Shown here: in pieces, positions 25,225-38,056 of the stretch
Layout: each line of letters opens with the position of its first letter
Position numbering within the stretch: the stretch's first letter is position 1
Assembly: GCF_018977255.1 (NCBI RefSeq)
Contig: NW_024704743.1
Location: 4,714,001 to 4,778,000 of the forward strand
Direction: 5' to 3'
Source of the DNA: Callorhinchus milii
Lineage: Eukaryota
DNA: 64,000 bases
Made by a program: the position numbers and the translations under genes
Notes under the pieces: model-generated
What the model was told of the DNA's origin: nothing
The model's input: only the letters and a program-made list of their open reading frames with translations
The model's database searches: none

Positions 25225-25447
25225 TTCCCATCACGAGCTACGGACCATCTGCAGCTAGTATTGTCCTCTCCTTCACTAGGCTGATCGCTCCTTTCCGATC
25301 ATCCCCAATCTCACCCGACTCAACTGGCTCCCCAAACCCCAGAGGATTGAGTTCAAGATCCTCTCCCTCACTTTTGAAGCCTTCCATGGTCTTGTCCCAC
25401 CCTACATCTGTTATCTTTCTTAATCCCCACCAACCCACCCGCTCCCT
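25225..25447 (+). mobile_element. L2-clade LINE fragment
   Basis: caactggctccc...attgagttcaagatcctctccctcacttttgaagccttccatggtc (HWL..I.FKIL..T.KA.HG). Confidence 0.7.
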
Positions 25448-26062
25448 CAATCATGGATGAAAGTAGATTGAAATCCTGGGCAGATTGAGGCCCGATGCCA
25501 CAATAATAATCCTTGCGTTTAGCACAACGCTTTTCACCTCAGGAGGATTTTCACATCCCAAAAGGGGCTTTACAGGAGGAGACTACATATACTGCGTAAA
25601 AGAATATGATGAAAGAGCGAGGTTATGGGGTTAAAACATCCGCCAAGTTCTAATAAACCGATGGAACAGGCTCGATGGACTGATTAGCCTCCTCCTTTTT
25701 CTTGTATATTCCTATTGAAGCACTTTATGTATTCGATAACACGATAGGGAGACGATTGATGATCTGGATTTGTGAGCCAAAGCTGTGACGTGTTTTGGCA
25801 GGCGACTGTTTTTGATCGGCAGCAGCTGGCAAGGATGGCATCAATCACTCCCACTGTGGCCAGCTAACACTCCCTTACTTCCTTAACAATTTGATGGTGG
25901 TGATGATCTGTAAAGTTTTTAGAGCATCTGTTACTCGCTGTCATAATATTTCTTAGCAAGCTGAAATAGAACGATGTGTTTGGCATGTTTGGAAGCAAAA
26001 TATAGTGTCTTTTTCCGAGTCAAGGTAACGTTTCACCCAGTTGTTTTATTTGTCCCTCTCAG

Positions 26063-26156
26063 AGTGTTATGAATATGATGCACGTCATCAGTATCCCGTA
26101 TTCCTTAATGAAAGTGAACCCCCTCTCTTGGATACAAAAAGTCTATGCATATAAGG
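26063..26156 (+). CDS. DIP2C: DIP2C exon (~15), 94 nt: SVMNMMHVISIPYSLMKVNPLSWIQKVYAYK(A)
   Basis: ctctcag|AGTGTT ... TAAGG|gtaagt. Confidence 0.95.
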
Positions 26157-26159
26157 GTA

Positions 26160-26455
26160 AGTAGAGAGACGTCTCAAAGCACTTTGCATTGCTGGCTGGA
26201 CATCCGAGCCCGGTGCTGGGGTGGGGTGGGGGGGAGGGAAAGGGCGAGGGGGAAGCTGAAGAGAGTAGGGAGGAGAAAGATTACTGAAAGCGTGGGCAAG
26301 AGGTAAGTCTTGAGATGGGCTTTGAAAGAGTGTGCATGTGTGTGTGGGGTGGGGGTGGAGGATTGAGTGGGGGAGCGGAGGCAAGTCGAAGAGATTGTGG
26401 GATAGAGTTGCAGAGATCAGAATGGTTGAAAGCTCGCCCACCGATGGTCGGGGAA
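26160..26455 (-). mobile_element. L2-clade LINE 3' fragment, antisense, immediately after exon ~15
   Basis: PTIGGRAFNHSDLCNSIPQSLRLAS in ORF 26281..26541. Confidence 0.75.
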
Positions 26456-26656
26456 ATGAAGGTGGAAAAAAAACTACTGTTCGCAAAGGATACGTGATGC
26501 TGAGTGATATTGTTCTGTTTCCATTGAATGAATTTGCGCAATCCTTTTGTCTTAGGTCGTTGAAGAAAATTGCAGTGCAGAAAGGATGTTAAAAGGTGTA
26601 GTTATTGTTTACGTTTGTTCAGGGCTAACAATGTATTCAATTCTGTTTACATCCAG

Positions 26657-26776
26657 CGAAAGTGGCGTGTGTGAAGTCTAGAGACATGCACTGGGCATTG
26701 GTGGCTCACAGAGACCAGCGGGACATTAATCTCACTTCCCTGCGGATGTTAATTGTGGCAGACGGGGCCAACCCTT
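26657..26776 (+). CDS. DIP2C: DIP2C exon (~16), 120 nt: KVACVKSRDMHWALVAHRDQRDINLTSLRMLIVADGANP(W)
   Basis: atccag|CGAAAG ... CCCTT|gtgagt. Confidence 0.95.
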
Positions 26777-27825
26777 GTGAGTAACCACCTGCTGTAATGA
26801 CCTGCCTTGAGCAAAATTAAATGAACGCTTTCAGGTGTTAGACCATGGGAAAGTATAATATGTGAACACATACAGTATATAGTTTGGGACATGACATGTG
26901 CAAGCGACTGCCAGGATGGTGGAAGGTGAACTGGAGGGACCTTGGTCTTCTTTTGTCTTGCAAATTCGTATAAAAGGCCTTTGGACCATCAAACCTCACT
27001 CCTTACTGTAAGCACATGAAATCTTACCTACTGATTCCATCTCATTCACTTGATCTTCTGGTGGGTCATATCTACATGGGTATTACTGATAACCCCCCCC
27101 CCCCGATTCAGAATATTCATCTATCCTCACGTTGTCACTGTTCAGTGTTAGCCTCCTCCGCAACAGACAAGCGAGAATTAGGAAATTAACAGTGTCGGCA
27201 TCCTTTCGACAACAACTTGTACTTGTTGCAACAGGGGGATGTGTTTCGCAGCACTCAACGCTGATGTAGATTGGCAACGAGCAGGAGGGTAACTCTAGGC
27301 ATCGTCGAAGAAGAAAGTCTTGAGGTGTGATCTGAAGGCATTTTTTTGGAGGTCAGCCGGGTGTCCGACACATGCGGAATCTCATCACCGTGCGTAAGAG
27401 TATCCAAACCAAACTGAGAATTCCATGCATCCCACTTATCCATGGAAATATCTATGGAATTTCCATCTGTAGGTAGGATACATGGAACCCTCAATCTTCA
27501 GATCACTTTCCTCTTCGATTCTGGCCTACAGTCACATCCACCTTCTCCTCTGCTTGGCGTCAATCTACCCCAGTGTTGAGTGCTATGCAACGCTACCCTG
27601 AGGGCACAATATAGACGCAAGTTGCTGTTGTAAGGATACTGGTGCTGTTAATTTCCTCATCGCACGTCCCACAAAATTACCTTCCAAACCGTTTTCTCTG
27701 CATCCAAAGAAAGTGACACAAAGAATTGTGGGCATCCATTGAGAAAGAGGCACTCTTAATTTTTGTCTCCCAAATGAAAATAAGTATTGCAATCGGTTGT
27801 CTTTTTTTTGTTTCTGGTCTATTAG

Positions 27826-27940
27826 GGTCTATTTCTTCCTGTGATGCATTCCTTAATGTCTTCCAAAGCAAAGGATTGCGTCCTGAAGTCATCTGTCCTT
27901 GTGCCAGCTCACCAGAGGCTCTCACGGTAGCTATCCGCAG
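27826..27940 (+). CDS. DIP2C: DIP2C exon (~17), 115 nt: SISSCDAFLNVFQSKGLRPEVICPCASSPEALTVAIR(R)
   Basis: tattag|GGTCT ... CCGCAG|gtatga. Confidence 0.95.
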
Positions 27941-28004
27941 GTATGAAATTCAGATGTTGATCAACATAGTAGTAATAGCTATACCAAACTGTCTGCTCCC
28001 TCCA

Positions 28005-28325
28005 CTCAGCAGCCTCTGACCTCCTCCATTTCCCCCGCCCTGCCCGCCCGCCCCACCATAGACGGTCAGGCCTTCAGCCTTTCTGCCCTCACCCTTTGGA
28101 ACTCCATCCCACAGATTCTTGGTCTCAAAGTCTCACTTGCTTTGTTCAAGGCCGTCTCAAGACCCTCATCTTCGAACACGCCTTCGGTCAGCCTCCTACC
28201 CTTACCCTCCCTGTCCTCCAGCCTTCCTGATCCCAACCCCCAACTCGAGGGCAAATACTTTACCGTCCAGGTCCTTGGGACATCCTCCCTATGTGAAAGA
28301 CGCTATGCACATGTAATTTGTCTTT
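28005..28325 (+). mobile_element. L2-clade LINE 3' end
   Basis: gccttcagcctttctgccctcaccctttggaactcc...caagaccctcatcttcga, then tail. Confidence 0.8.
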
Positions 28326-29329
28326 TTTAAGTTTCCCAGGGCACATTTCACCTATCCTCGATTTCCTTCTCGAGGTCTTTTGTAGCTGGGCAATTGTCAA
28401 TGTGGACACGCTCATTGTAGGAAGTTGAGATTTTTGCTTTTGTTTTTAATCACTTCCGTGGCTGAGTTTCTAAACTCCTGCAGGGTACGGACAAGCCAAA
28501 GGGTGCATTGCTCTGGTGCGATGCACCATTGCAATAAGTCTATTATTGCGTGAACACAGCAAAGAAAAGTGCTAGTGGTATATTGAACCTGGCAGCCTGG
28601 CCTCAAAGGGACATAATTTATGGAAATGATGAAAAATATGACCTGCTCTGCATTGTAAGTTCTATGCAAACCAACATGCCCGCTCCTTCTAGAACACAAA
28701 GGAGTTTCTCCCGGTATCCTGGCCTACAATCCCCCTCCCCCAAGCAAAATTGATCATTCTCTTCATGATTGTTTGTGGGACTTAGGGTCACATTGGCTGC
28801 AGCCCACAAAACACACCTTACAGTATAGCCTGTGAAGCGCTTTGAGACGTCCTCCCCATGTGAACATTGCCACATCAAATGCAAGCGGCAGTGTTATTTT
28901 CCAAGGTGAGCTTCGAGAATGTGAGCAACTAGTCAAGTAGCCGTAAAAGAACGTTCATCTTAGCACAGGCGGAATTCACAGGGTAAGACAACAACAGCTT
29001 GCATTTTTATAGCGCCCTTCACGCAGGATAGAGTCTGGGAGTGCTTAAGGTATACTAATTTGCGCTGAACACTCTCTGGGGTCAGGTGCGTCCTTTCCAG
29101 GGAGAGAGCGCGCACATTCCATTCCAAACGTGGGGGGGTGGAGTTTTCACGTAGCTGGCACACACATGTGGAATCTCAATCTGTGTTAGGGTACTCTCTA
29201 AAGCACGGTGATAGAGTTTCCGTATACGTCAGGCAACCGGCTAGGCCCTGAAGTAAAAGGCTTCAATGAAACTGCGTTCAAAGATTTGCAATTTTCTTCC
29301 TGAAATCTAAACGTCTTGTTTTATTTTAG

Positions 29330-29469
29330 GCCAACCGATGATACCAACCAACCTCCGGGGCGAGGTGTCCTCTCAATGCACGGTCTGAGTTACGGGGTAA
29401 TAAGAGTGGATTCGGAAGAGAAGCTGTCTGTTTTAACTGTACAGGATGTTGGCATGGTAATGCCAGGAG
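29330..29469 (+). CDS. DIP2C: DIP2C exon (~18), 140 nt: PTDDTNQPPGRGVLSMHGLSYGVIRVDSEEKLSVLTVQDVGMVMPG(G)
   Basis: ttttag|GCCAAC ... CAGGAG|gtacgg. Confidence 0.95.
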
Positions 29470-30567
29470 GTACGGAACGATTGAATCAATAAAAAATATT
29501 TTTCGCTTCGATTTCTAATAATAATAATAATAATCCTCACATTTGAGATAGCGCCTATCACGTCACGATGATATCTTAAAGCGCTTCGCAAGATATGCTG
29601 TAAAATGTGGTGGCTGTTTGTTTTATGGGCAAACAAACGATGTGCGATATTGTGGCCAAATTATATAAAAACTGCATTTGAGTTGTACTTTTAAGATGGC
29701 TGTCCTTTCCAAATACTGCAGTGACATAATGATATTAACAGTCAATAAATAATCCTTGCATTTGGTACAGTGATTTATCACATTGTCGAGACTTCTCAGG
29801 AGTTCACAGACTGTGCATAGGCGAACATGGCTGCCAATTTGTGCTCAAAGGATGTCCCACAAACAGCTAAGACGTGAATGACCAGGACACAGAGAAAACA
29901 TTTACCGAATAGTAATAATTGTAACATAGGAATAATCTGAAGTATGTGTCCTGAGTGAATAATCTAAAGGGTAAGGGGAAAGCCAGGTAAATGGGGCTGA
30001 ACGGATTGCTCTTTCAAAGAGACAGCAAAGGCGTGATGGGCCAAATAGCCTTCTTCTGTGCCGTACATTTCTATGTTTCGAAGTTTAGAAGTCTTTACAA
30101 CTCACGTACAGGCTGCATCCAATTTAGCAGTAGGTTCTCAAGTGTCCCCTTCTCTCGTGTTGCAAGGATTATATCAAATGCAAATGTAAGGATTATTCTT
30201 ATTATTATTATTTGCATTAGACTCCTGTTCGTAGGCGCATCCAATACAATGTACTGTATAACTGAGCTGGGGGTGGGAGGGAGCCAAGGTCGTTGGAGAG
30301 GGGAAAGATAAATAAAAGCATGGACAAAGGGCGCTATGTAAATGCAGTTGGCTGTTGTTGTCATTAAGCTTGAAGTTTACATCGAAAGTTGCTTACTTCA
30401 GGAGAGGCTGAATAAAATAATAAATAAGATGATAAACAACGATAATATAATTCTAAAATAATTTCACCCCATTATGCAGTGTTAGCAGGACTATTAGTTT
30501 GAACTGTGATGCGACAGTCTTTGCAAACGCCATGCAAAATATTGACCACATTTGCTTGATAACTTGC

Positions 30568-30940
30568 GGAGTTCTGTAGTGTATCGATTAGAGAACTCGC
30601 CTCGCAAGCAAAGGGGACCTGGGTTCAAATCCCGGCCGGGGCAAAAACTTAGGCAAATTTCCTTACTCCGCACGCCTCTGTTCACCGGGTTGTTAGTCAA
30701 TTGGCAGATCGTTTTCCGGGGGTAATAATCCCTCCAAAAAAATAAATAAGTAAAAAATAATTTGGTCACTCCATCAACGACTGTTTGTGGGACGCTGCTG
30801 TGCGCAATTGGCTGCCAAGTTTTGCCCACAAAATACGCAGTCAATTCAATTTACAATATATTCTGTGAAGCGCTTTGAGACGTCTCAACGACGTGATAAG
30901 GCGTTATATGAAATGCAAAGGAATATGATTATTATTATAA
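30568..30940 (+). mobile_element. SINE family A, full length
   Basis: Head, body and tail. Confidence 0.85.
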
Positions 30941-33900
30941 TAATTTAAGGGGGTGAAAAACACTCCATGTGATGATTGCCATCAATCCAAACACCGATTT
31001 TTTTAAAATAATTAAAAATTAAAAATTTTAATTTAAAATTTAACATATAAATTTGTTAACTTCAACTCCCCCCCCCGCACAACTCCCCCACACCCCTCCC
31101 AATGCCCACCCCCCACAAACACATACCGGAAACCGAATCCAAACAAAGATGACCTGTCACTTGTCACTTTGCCAGACCTATCCCTTAATGCTGTGGAGCA
31201 TAGCCGGTGAGTGATGTGGTTCAGAGAGAGCCAGATTCGCAGGCCCGATAGAATTTGTGGTCGGTAGACCAGAAAAAAACGAACAGCCGGCTGTGGAATA
31301 CCAGAATGATTTCGCTATGCACGGTCTGAACAAAATTCGCGCCCAACCAGATCTAAAATCAAACGCGTAGATTTTGTGAAAAGTTGCGAAAGGTTCTGTG
31401 AAAGTCAACGTCGCGGCGGTGAGGGTTACAAGCGGATTTTTTCACTTGGATTTGCCGGGAAGGCGCTTTGGAACATCCTCCCGACCTGAAAGGCGCTCTA
31501 TAAATGTAAGGCTGTTGTTGTTGTTGTTGTCATCCGTGTGTGCTGTGCTGTGGTTAATGTGTACTGGATGCTCTATGCTATTCTAAACGAGTGCGATGAG
31601 GGATCGTTAATTCTTATTATCCCTGATTTCATCCTGCAGTTGAGTTACAGTAAAGTGTCGTTTCGGTCTCGTGTTGAGAAGTTAATCGGCAACGTGCAAA
31701 TGAGTACCTTTTTGCCGGAGGATAGGGCAGGTCAGCCCATTTGAATGTTTCCAGCTCAATCCCTGCCGGAGTACAAAGGCCAATATATTCTTGCCGCTAC
31801 ATTATATACTTACAGACTGCTAAACGGAATTACTCTTCTGAGGACAAAACTGGCCTTTTGTTGCGTCGAAGAATGATGCCGATTTCACCTCTGCCTAAGA
31901 ACATCAGGAGCACATTGTGAGGCATTTGGTTCACAAAATATTACAGTCGATTCACTTCACAGTATATTCTAGCGAAGCGCTTTGCACACAGCCACGTCCC
32001 ACAAACAACCGTGTGGAGTGAATGACCAATTGTACTTAGGGGATTGTTGTCCAGGACGTGATGAGACACCGATTCTCTTCTGCTTACACCCTGCTTCCCT
32101 TCCCCCTGCCTTCGCTCAGCGTGCTCAGGTATTCTGCACGACCCTCATCCCTCCGGTCCGCAATCGGTGACCACCACTCCGAAATTCTCACCGCCTCCCT
32201 CCAGTAATTGAGCATAGCTCTGGAATATTACTCCCCATTTACATTCTGTGCTGTTCAGCTCGGAGCAGTTGTTTTTCACAGATGACTCATTCTTGTCCCC
32301 AGTAGGAGAGGAGCTGTCGTTTGCCATAGAGAATTTTGTTCATCTCTGTCAATCTTTATTCTCATAACCTTCAGCGATGCGTGGAACCAAATATTTATTC
32401 AGCTCTTATTTGGAAGGTATTAATAAGCTTAGCAACGCTGGGATGTGTGCAATGTGTCCATTGCACCGTGAGTTTCAACATGCCTTCTAATTTCTGGTTT
32501 CACTTGAATAATAACAATAATTTACATTTAATAATAATAATAATAATAATAATCCTTGCAATTTGATATTGCGCCTTTTCAAGTCGTTGAGACATCTCAA
32601 GAAGCTTTCTCGGAAAATATACCGGAAAGTGAATTGACTCTATACTTTGTGGCCGAAATGCCAACAGAGCCTTTGATGTCAGGAGGATGTCTTGAAGAGC
32701 GTGATACAGCTTCCTGGGAACCGAAGCTGGGAAAAGCCAAAGAACGAGTCAAATAATGTTCCTCCATTACTATTGTCCGTGGTCCTTAATTTTTAAAGCT
32801 GTGGGTCAGGGCCCTTGTTGACCTTGATGCTTCCAATGAGATCCAGTTCAGTATTTTTAGTATTTCTTGCTGTCCTAGAGTCTGAAACATCGAGTCAGCC
32901 ACTGTTACTATTCTTGGGATTTTCTGACGTTTCAATGACGTTTCGAAGCAAGAGTGCCAAGGCTCGCTTAATCATATTCTAAGTATGTCCCTCCCACAGT
33001 GAATCATGCAGCATTACAATAACCTACGTTGACATGGAATGAAATGCCTTTCGATGGATCCAAGGACGTGATTAGTCTTGCTGGCAGTGAGACCAGTTTT
33101 GCGATGTTGTACTGCTAAGGGATAAGGCCCTCGGTTAGTTGACAAATCAAAGGTCTGTTAGCGGTCATACATTTATTGCGCGCTCGTTCTTCACCTTTCC
33201 CCGCGCCAATCTTCATTGGCTTCAATTTATTCACATTTAATGCCTCCTTTATAACACTCGGAGCTCGGTCTCGCAGTCTTGGTTTCAAAGAGGTTCCAGT
33301 CAATTATATTTCACTGTTCACTTTATTTTATATAAAATTTGGCTTTACCCAAGCATTTGCCCTTGATATATTCCTACTCTTTACTGTGTCCAATGACAGG
33401 ATGAATGAAACTCTGAGCCAGTGTTTGAGTGACATTTCACTCGAGTGTCTCAAAGGTGTAATCTTCTAACAGATTCATAAAATGCCATCGGACAGAAGAA
33501 GACCTTTCTGCCCTAACGTGGCTGTATTGACTCTCTAAACTTTTGATTTATTCCCACTCCCTTACCTTTCCCTCTTCCCCTCCCCATCTTTCCATTCATT
33601 TCTTTATCAAGTATTTGTCCAACTCCCTTTTGAAGGTTCAACGACCATTTCTGTTGGTAGTCCAACAAACATCAGTCGCATGGCTTCTTAAAAAGACCAG
33701 CGGAATACTGGTTTCCAAACTAAGACCGAATTTATGAATTGTCCAAAATTTTGCATGATCTCAAATTTTAAGGCAAAGATCTTGAGGCTAAAACTGGAAG
33801 ACGTTTTTGTATCATTTTTGACTTGAAAGTAAAATAAACCTTGATCACCATGATTTAAATGTTCCGAGACACTACCCATGCGAAGGGTGCCATATAAATG

Positions 33901-33954
33901 CAAGTTTTAATGTATTCAATCATCTTAATTTACTCAATCATCTTACTTTTGTTC

Positions 33955-34185
33955 TACGGGTGAGATGTTAAACCCGTCTGCCTGTTCAGGTGGACTTTAA
34001 AGATCCCATGGCGCTACTCAAAAAGAGAAAGGAGTTTCTCCCGGGTGTCATGGCTAACAATCCCCCAAATAAAGTTGGTCATTCACTCCGGCCATTGCTG
34101 TGCACAAATTGGCCGTATTAGCCCACAAACACACAGTCACTGCGCTTTATAGTGCATCCTTGAATCGCTTTGGGACGTCCTCCCT
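33955..34185 (+). mobile_element. Deu-domain SINE (family B), 3' part
   Basis: gagatgttaaacccgtctgcctgttcaggtggactttaaagatcccatggc. Confidence 0.7.
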
Positions 34186-34187
34186 AC

Positions 34188-34503
34188 AATAATAATAATA
34201 ATCCTTGCATTTGATATAGCGCTTTTCACGTTGGGAGGACATCCCAAAGCGTTTCACAGAACACACTGTAAAGTGAATTGACTGTATGTTTGTGGGCGAA
34301 CGCGGCAGCCAATTGCGCACAGCAATGTCCCACAAACAGTCGTAGATTGAAAATGACCAATTTATTATTGTTTTTGGTTTTGGAGGGATTATTATTAGGC
34401 TCTGTGTGGAGTAAGGAAACTTGCCCGAGGTTTCGCCCTCTGTCTGGGATTGAACTCGGGTCTCTCGCTTGCAAAGCGAGTGTTCTAACCACTGAGCTAC
34501 AGG
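34188..34503 (-). mobile_element. SINE family A, antisense, internally deleted
   Basis: Reverse complement of the head at 34440-34503 (ctaaccactgagctacagga) and of the tail at 34188. Confidence 0.85.
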
Positions 34504-34584
34504 AAAGGAGCGTGATGGTTCTCACCCCTTTACGTAACCGGCGAAGTTTAGTAACGCAGAGTGTACTAGGTGGCCTCTGTTTTC

Positions 34585-34720
34585 AAACAAAAACAGAAGT
34601 GGCTGGGGACACTCAGCATCTATGGAGAAAGGAAACTCAGTCAACGTTTCGGGTCCACGACCTGTTCCCAGCGACTTCTGTTTTTGTTTCAGATTTCCAG
34701 ATTCTGCAGTATTTTGGGTT
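34585..34720. mobile_element. Penelope-like non-autonomous remnant with an inverted repeat
   Basis: aaacaaaaacagaagtggctggg and cccagcgacttctgtttttgttt are 22/23 complementary; the family assignment rests on recalled shark repeats. Confidence 0.5.
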
Positions 34721-35393
34721 TCATCTCTGTTTTCAGTCTGGAAGTGCAAATCCCTACTCTAGTGGAACTTCACTACTTAGAGTAACATGATGACACATAT
34801 TCTCAGTTGACTTACCGCCCACTGGATCGAGATGCTTTCCCCAGTGTCTTATCGCACTACCAGGCACTGAGTCCAGCAACTACCTGTTTGGTGTATTTCC
34901 CTACCTCCCTCCTTGAGAACTTTGTAACAGAGACTCGAAGAGACTACTGAGAAAATACAACAGAGTTTGATTAGCCCTACGCAATCCTATGTCTTACTGA
35001 CTCCAACCGATAATAAAACTGTAAAAAAAACTAGTAGCACTTAACTAATGTTTGTAAAAAAAATTAAAAAAAACGATCTCGACTCGGAGGTAGTCCCACT
35101 CAAGTCAGACATGTGCCTCGATGGTGACCAAAAGCTAGTGACCCCAAGTTGTCAGCCCCCCCACCCCCACCCCCCTTCTTTTAAGGGAACCCTAACCCTC
35201 GTCTTCAATGTATCAGCTGTTTTTCCCACTCTCAGTATCTCATGGTCTCTCCCACGAAATGGTTCAACTTATTCAGATTTTATGTCACCAAAGATGACCC
35301 CAAAGTTATTTTAAATCAAAGTGGTTTGTCATATTTAAAGCGCAAACCTTCTTAAAGGGACAGGCATCTCCAATGTGAACTATGAACATACCA

Positions 35394-35572
35394 ATAATAA
35401 TCGATCGGTCACTCAATCCACGACTGTTTGTGGGACGCTGCTGTGCGCCATTGGCTGCTGTGTTTCGCCCACAAAATATGCAGTCAATTCACTCTACTGT
35501 AGATTCAGTGAAGCGGTTTGAGACGTCTCGAAGGCGTGATAAGACGCAATATCAAATGCAAGGATTATTATA
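35394..35572 (+). mobile_element. SINE family A, 3' half
   Basis: Shared body and tail. Confidence 0.85.
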
Positions 35573-36150
35573 ATTTACAGAACTTATTTTTATATATAAA
35601 TATAGGCTAAAGGGTGTACAAAAACAGGGTGACCGTGACAGGAGCTGTGTCAAATGTATTATTAGTGTATTACTGCTGTTGGCGCGAGATTGTTGTCTAA
35701 AATTCGCTAGTGGGTTTGCACAAGCTCAAAAGATACTCAGCGGGGTCGAAAGAGTGAGTCAGCTTTGCCTCCGACCCAAAAATACATTCGATCTAAATAG
35801 TGGTGGGTCCATGGTATAACCCTCATATAACACACAGTGTCGAGGATCATATTGGTATATTGGCTAAGAGCCACCAGAAGGGTTTCCTGGGAAAAACACG
35901 TCGGAGATGTTTTTGCCAGAGGCCACACAGTGGTGGTGCTGGTGGAGCCCTTCCGTTATGTGAAATGCTTTTTGAGGCATAACGAATCTAGTCCCTGCAA
36001 ACCTGCTGCCTTATACAAACGTAAGCATTGTTTCAATTCCAGCCAGGCCCAGCATCTCACTCTCTCTCCGTTGACGTGTCCATGTTCTTTGTTGCACGGA
36101 CAAACAACTTTTGTTGAGTTAAGGTAATCACGTGGCTTCTTTCCCTGCAG

Positions 36151-36287
36151 GTGTGATGTGCGTCGTGAGACCAGAAGGACTCCCTCTGCTTTGTAGAACT
36201 GACGAAATAGGCGAGCTGTGCGTGTGCTCCATCGCTGCGGGCACGTCCTACTACGGTCTATCAGGGATGACGAAAAACACATTCGAG
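36151..36287 (+). CDS. DIP2C: DIP2C exon (~19), 137 nt: VMCVVRPEGLPLLCRTDEIGELCVCSIAAGTSYYGLSGMTKNTFE
   Basis: ctgcag|GTGTG ... TTCGAG|gtaaga. Confidence 0.95.
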
Positions 36288-36929
36288 GTAAGAAGCGTTG
36301 GAGGCGAGACGTTCACAGTTAATCACCGGAGGGAGGGCTGGCATTCTGCCTGGTTCATTTTAAGAACTGCACGAAACTGGCTCGAACGGACATTGGGAAA
36401 ATCTGATATTACGGTGAGACCAGACCCGCCTCTGTGTAGAAAAGCACACACTTGAGGATGAACCCACAAAGACGGACTGTAGCTTGAAAGTGCTTAATGT
36501 TATCGTTTGGTGTTAAACAAAATAAATCATCCATGTTTCAGCATCTCTCCGGGCTTGTGATTAGCTCAATTAAACACAGGTGTTAGACAACGGAATGGAG
36601 AATCAAGCAGGCCAGTCTCGTTTGCCAGCCGTTTGTCCCCTTCGAGTCCCGTCTGAAGACCTTCCTCTTTGACCCTGCTTTCGGCCACCCTCCCACCCTC
36701 CCTGTCCTCCTCCCGTTCTGACCCGAACTCCCAGCTCGGGTCCAAAACCCCTGATTGTCCAGCGCCCTGGGACGTCTTTCCGATGGGAAGGACGCGATGC
36801 AAGTGTGACTTGTTGTTGATGTTGTTGTCGTAACCGAAGATCAAGTTGTTAAAGACCAATGTTCCTGCTAATTTATAACTTTTGATAAGTATTTTGAATG
36901 CTCCTGCGGGTGCATGAATAGTATTATTT

Positions 36930-37205
36930 CCTTCAGATGAGACATTAAAACCGAGGTCCCATCTGCCTGTTCAGGTGGACGTTAAAGATCGCACGGCACT
37001 ATTCGAAAAGAGAAGGGAGTTTCTCCCCGTATCCTGGCCAACAATCCCCCGAATAAAAATTGGTCTATAGTTTCATGGCTCTTCGTTGGGACATTGCTGT
37101 ACGCAATTGTCCTGCCACATTTGCCTACAAATACAAAGCCCTCTAAGACATAAGCTCTCTGAGATGCTGCCCCATGTGAAGGGTACCAACTTAAATGCAA
37201 GTTAT
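36930..37205 (+). mobile_element. Deu-domain SINE (family B), 3' part
   Basis: cttcagatgagacattaaaaccgaggtcccatctgcctgttcaggtggacgttaaagatc. Confidence 0.75.
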
Positions 37206-37555
37206 AATAACAATAATCCTTGCATTTGGTATGGCACCTTATCACGTCTTCGAGACGTCTCAAAGCGTTTCACAGAATAAACTGTAAAGGGAATTGACTG
37301 TGTCTTTTGCGGGCGAAACGCGGCAGCCAATTGCGCACAGCAGCGTCCCCGCAAACAGTCGTGGATTGAGTTGAGAAAAAACTATTACCCACGGAAAAGC
37401 GATTTGTCAATCGACTAATAACCAGCTTCCTACTTACTGCTAGGTAAACAGAGGCGAGTGGAGTAAGGAAACTTGCTCAACGTTTCGCCCTGCCCGGGAA
37501 TCGAACCCAAGTCCTCTCACTTGCGAGGCGAGTGCTCTAACCACTACAGGGCTCC
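37205..37555 (-). mobile_element. SINE family A, antisense, full length
   Basis: Reverse complement of head, body and tail. Confidence 0.85.
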
Positions 37556-37710
37556 ACAAGTTGTTGTTGTTGTTGTCGTCATCCTATACCAAATGGCGAT
37601 AAGGTGCTATATCAAATGCAAGGATCATTATCATTAATTTCTGTCTCGTGTGTCTTTTTCTTCCCCCGCCCATCTATGTTTTTTTCCCCCTCTCTCTCTC
37701 TCTCTCAAAG

Positions 37711-37919
37711 ATGTTCCCAATGCTGAGTTCAGGAGCTCCTGTCAGCGAATACCCATTTGTCAGGACTGGGCTGCTGGGCTTTGTAGGCCCTGGGGGGATG
37801 GTGTTCGTCGTGGGCAAAATGGATGGTCTGATGGTCGTGAGCGGCCGGAGACACAACGCAGACGATATCGTGGCTACGGCACTTGCAGTGGAGCCAATGA
37901 AGTTTGTCTACAGAGGAAG
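37711..37919 (+). CDS. DIP2C: DIP2C exon (~20), 209 nt: MFPMLSSGAPVSEYPFVRTGLLGFVGPGGMVFVVGKMDGLMVVSGRRHNADDIVATALAVEPMKFVYRG(R)
   Basis: ctcaaag|ATGTTC ... GGAAG|gtaggt; contains the RTGLLG variant of the adenylate-forming RTGDLG (A7) motif. Confidence 0.95.
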
Positions 37920-38009
37920 GTAGGTGTTGAATCGAAGGAGAAAGATTTAGGGAGTCAAATATGAGTTTTGAAAGGTTTTTAGCGGGAGGAGAATGTGTCC
38001 ACATTTCAA

Positions 38010-38056
38010 AGGAAGGAAGGAAGGAAGGAAGGGAGGGAGGGAGGGAGGGAGGGAGG
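38010..38056. repeat. (GGAA)n(GGGA)n
   Basis: Visible directly. Confidence 0.95.
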
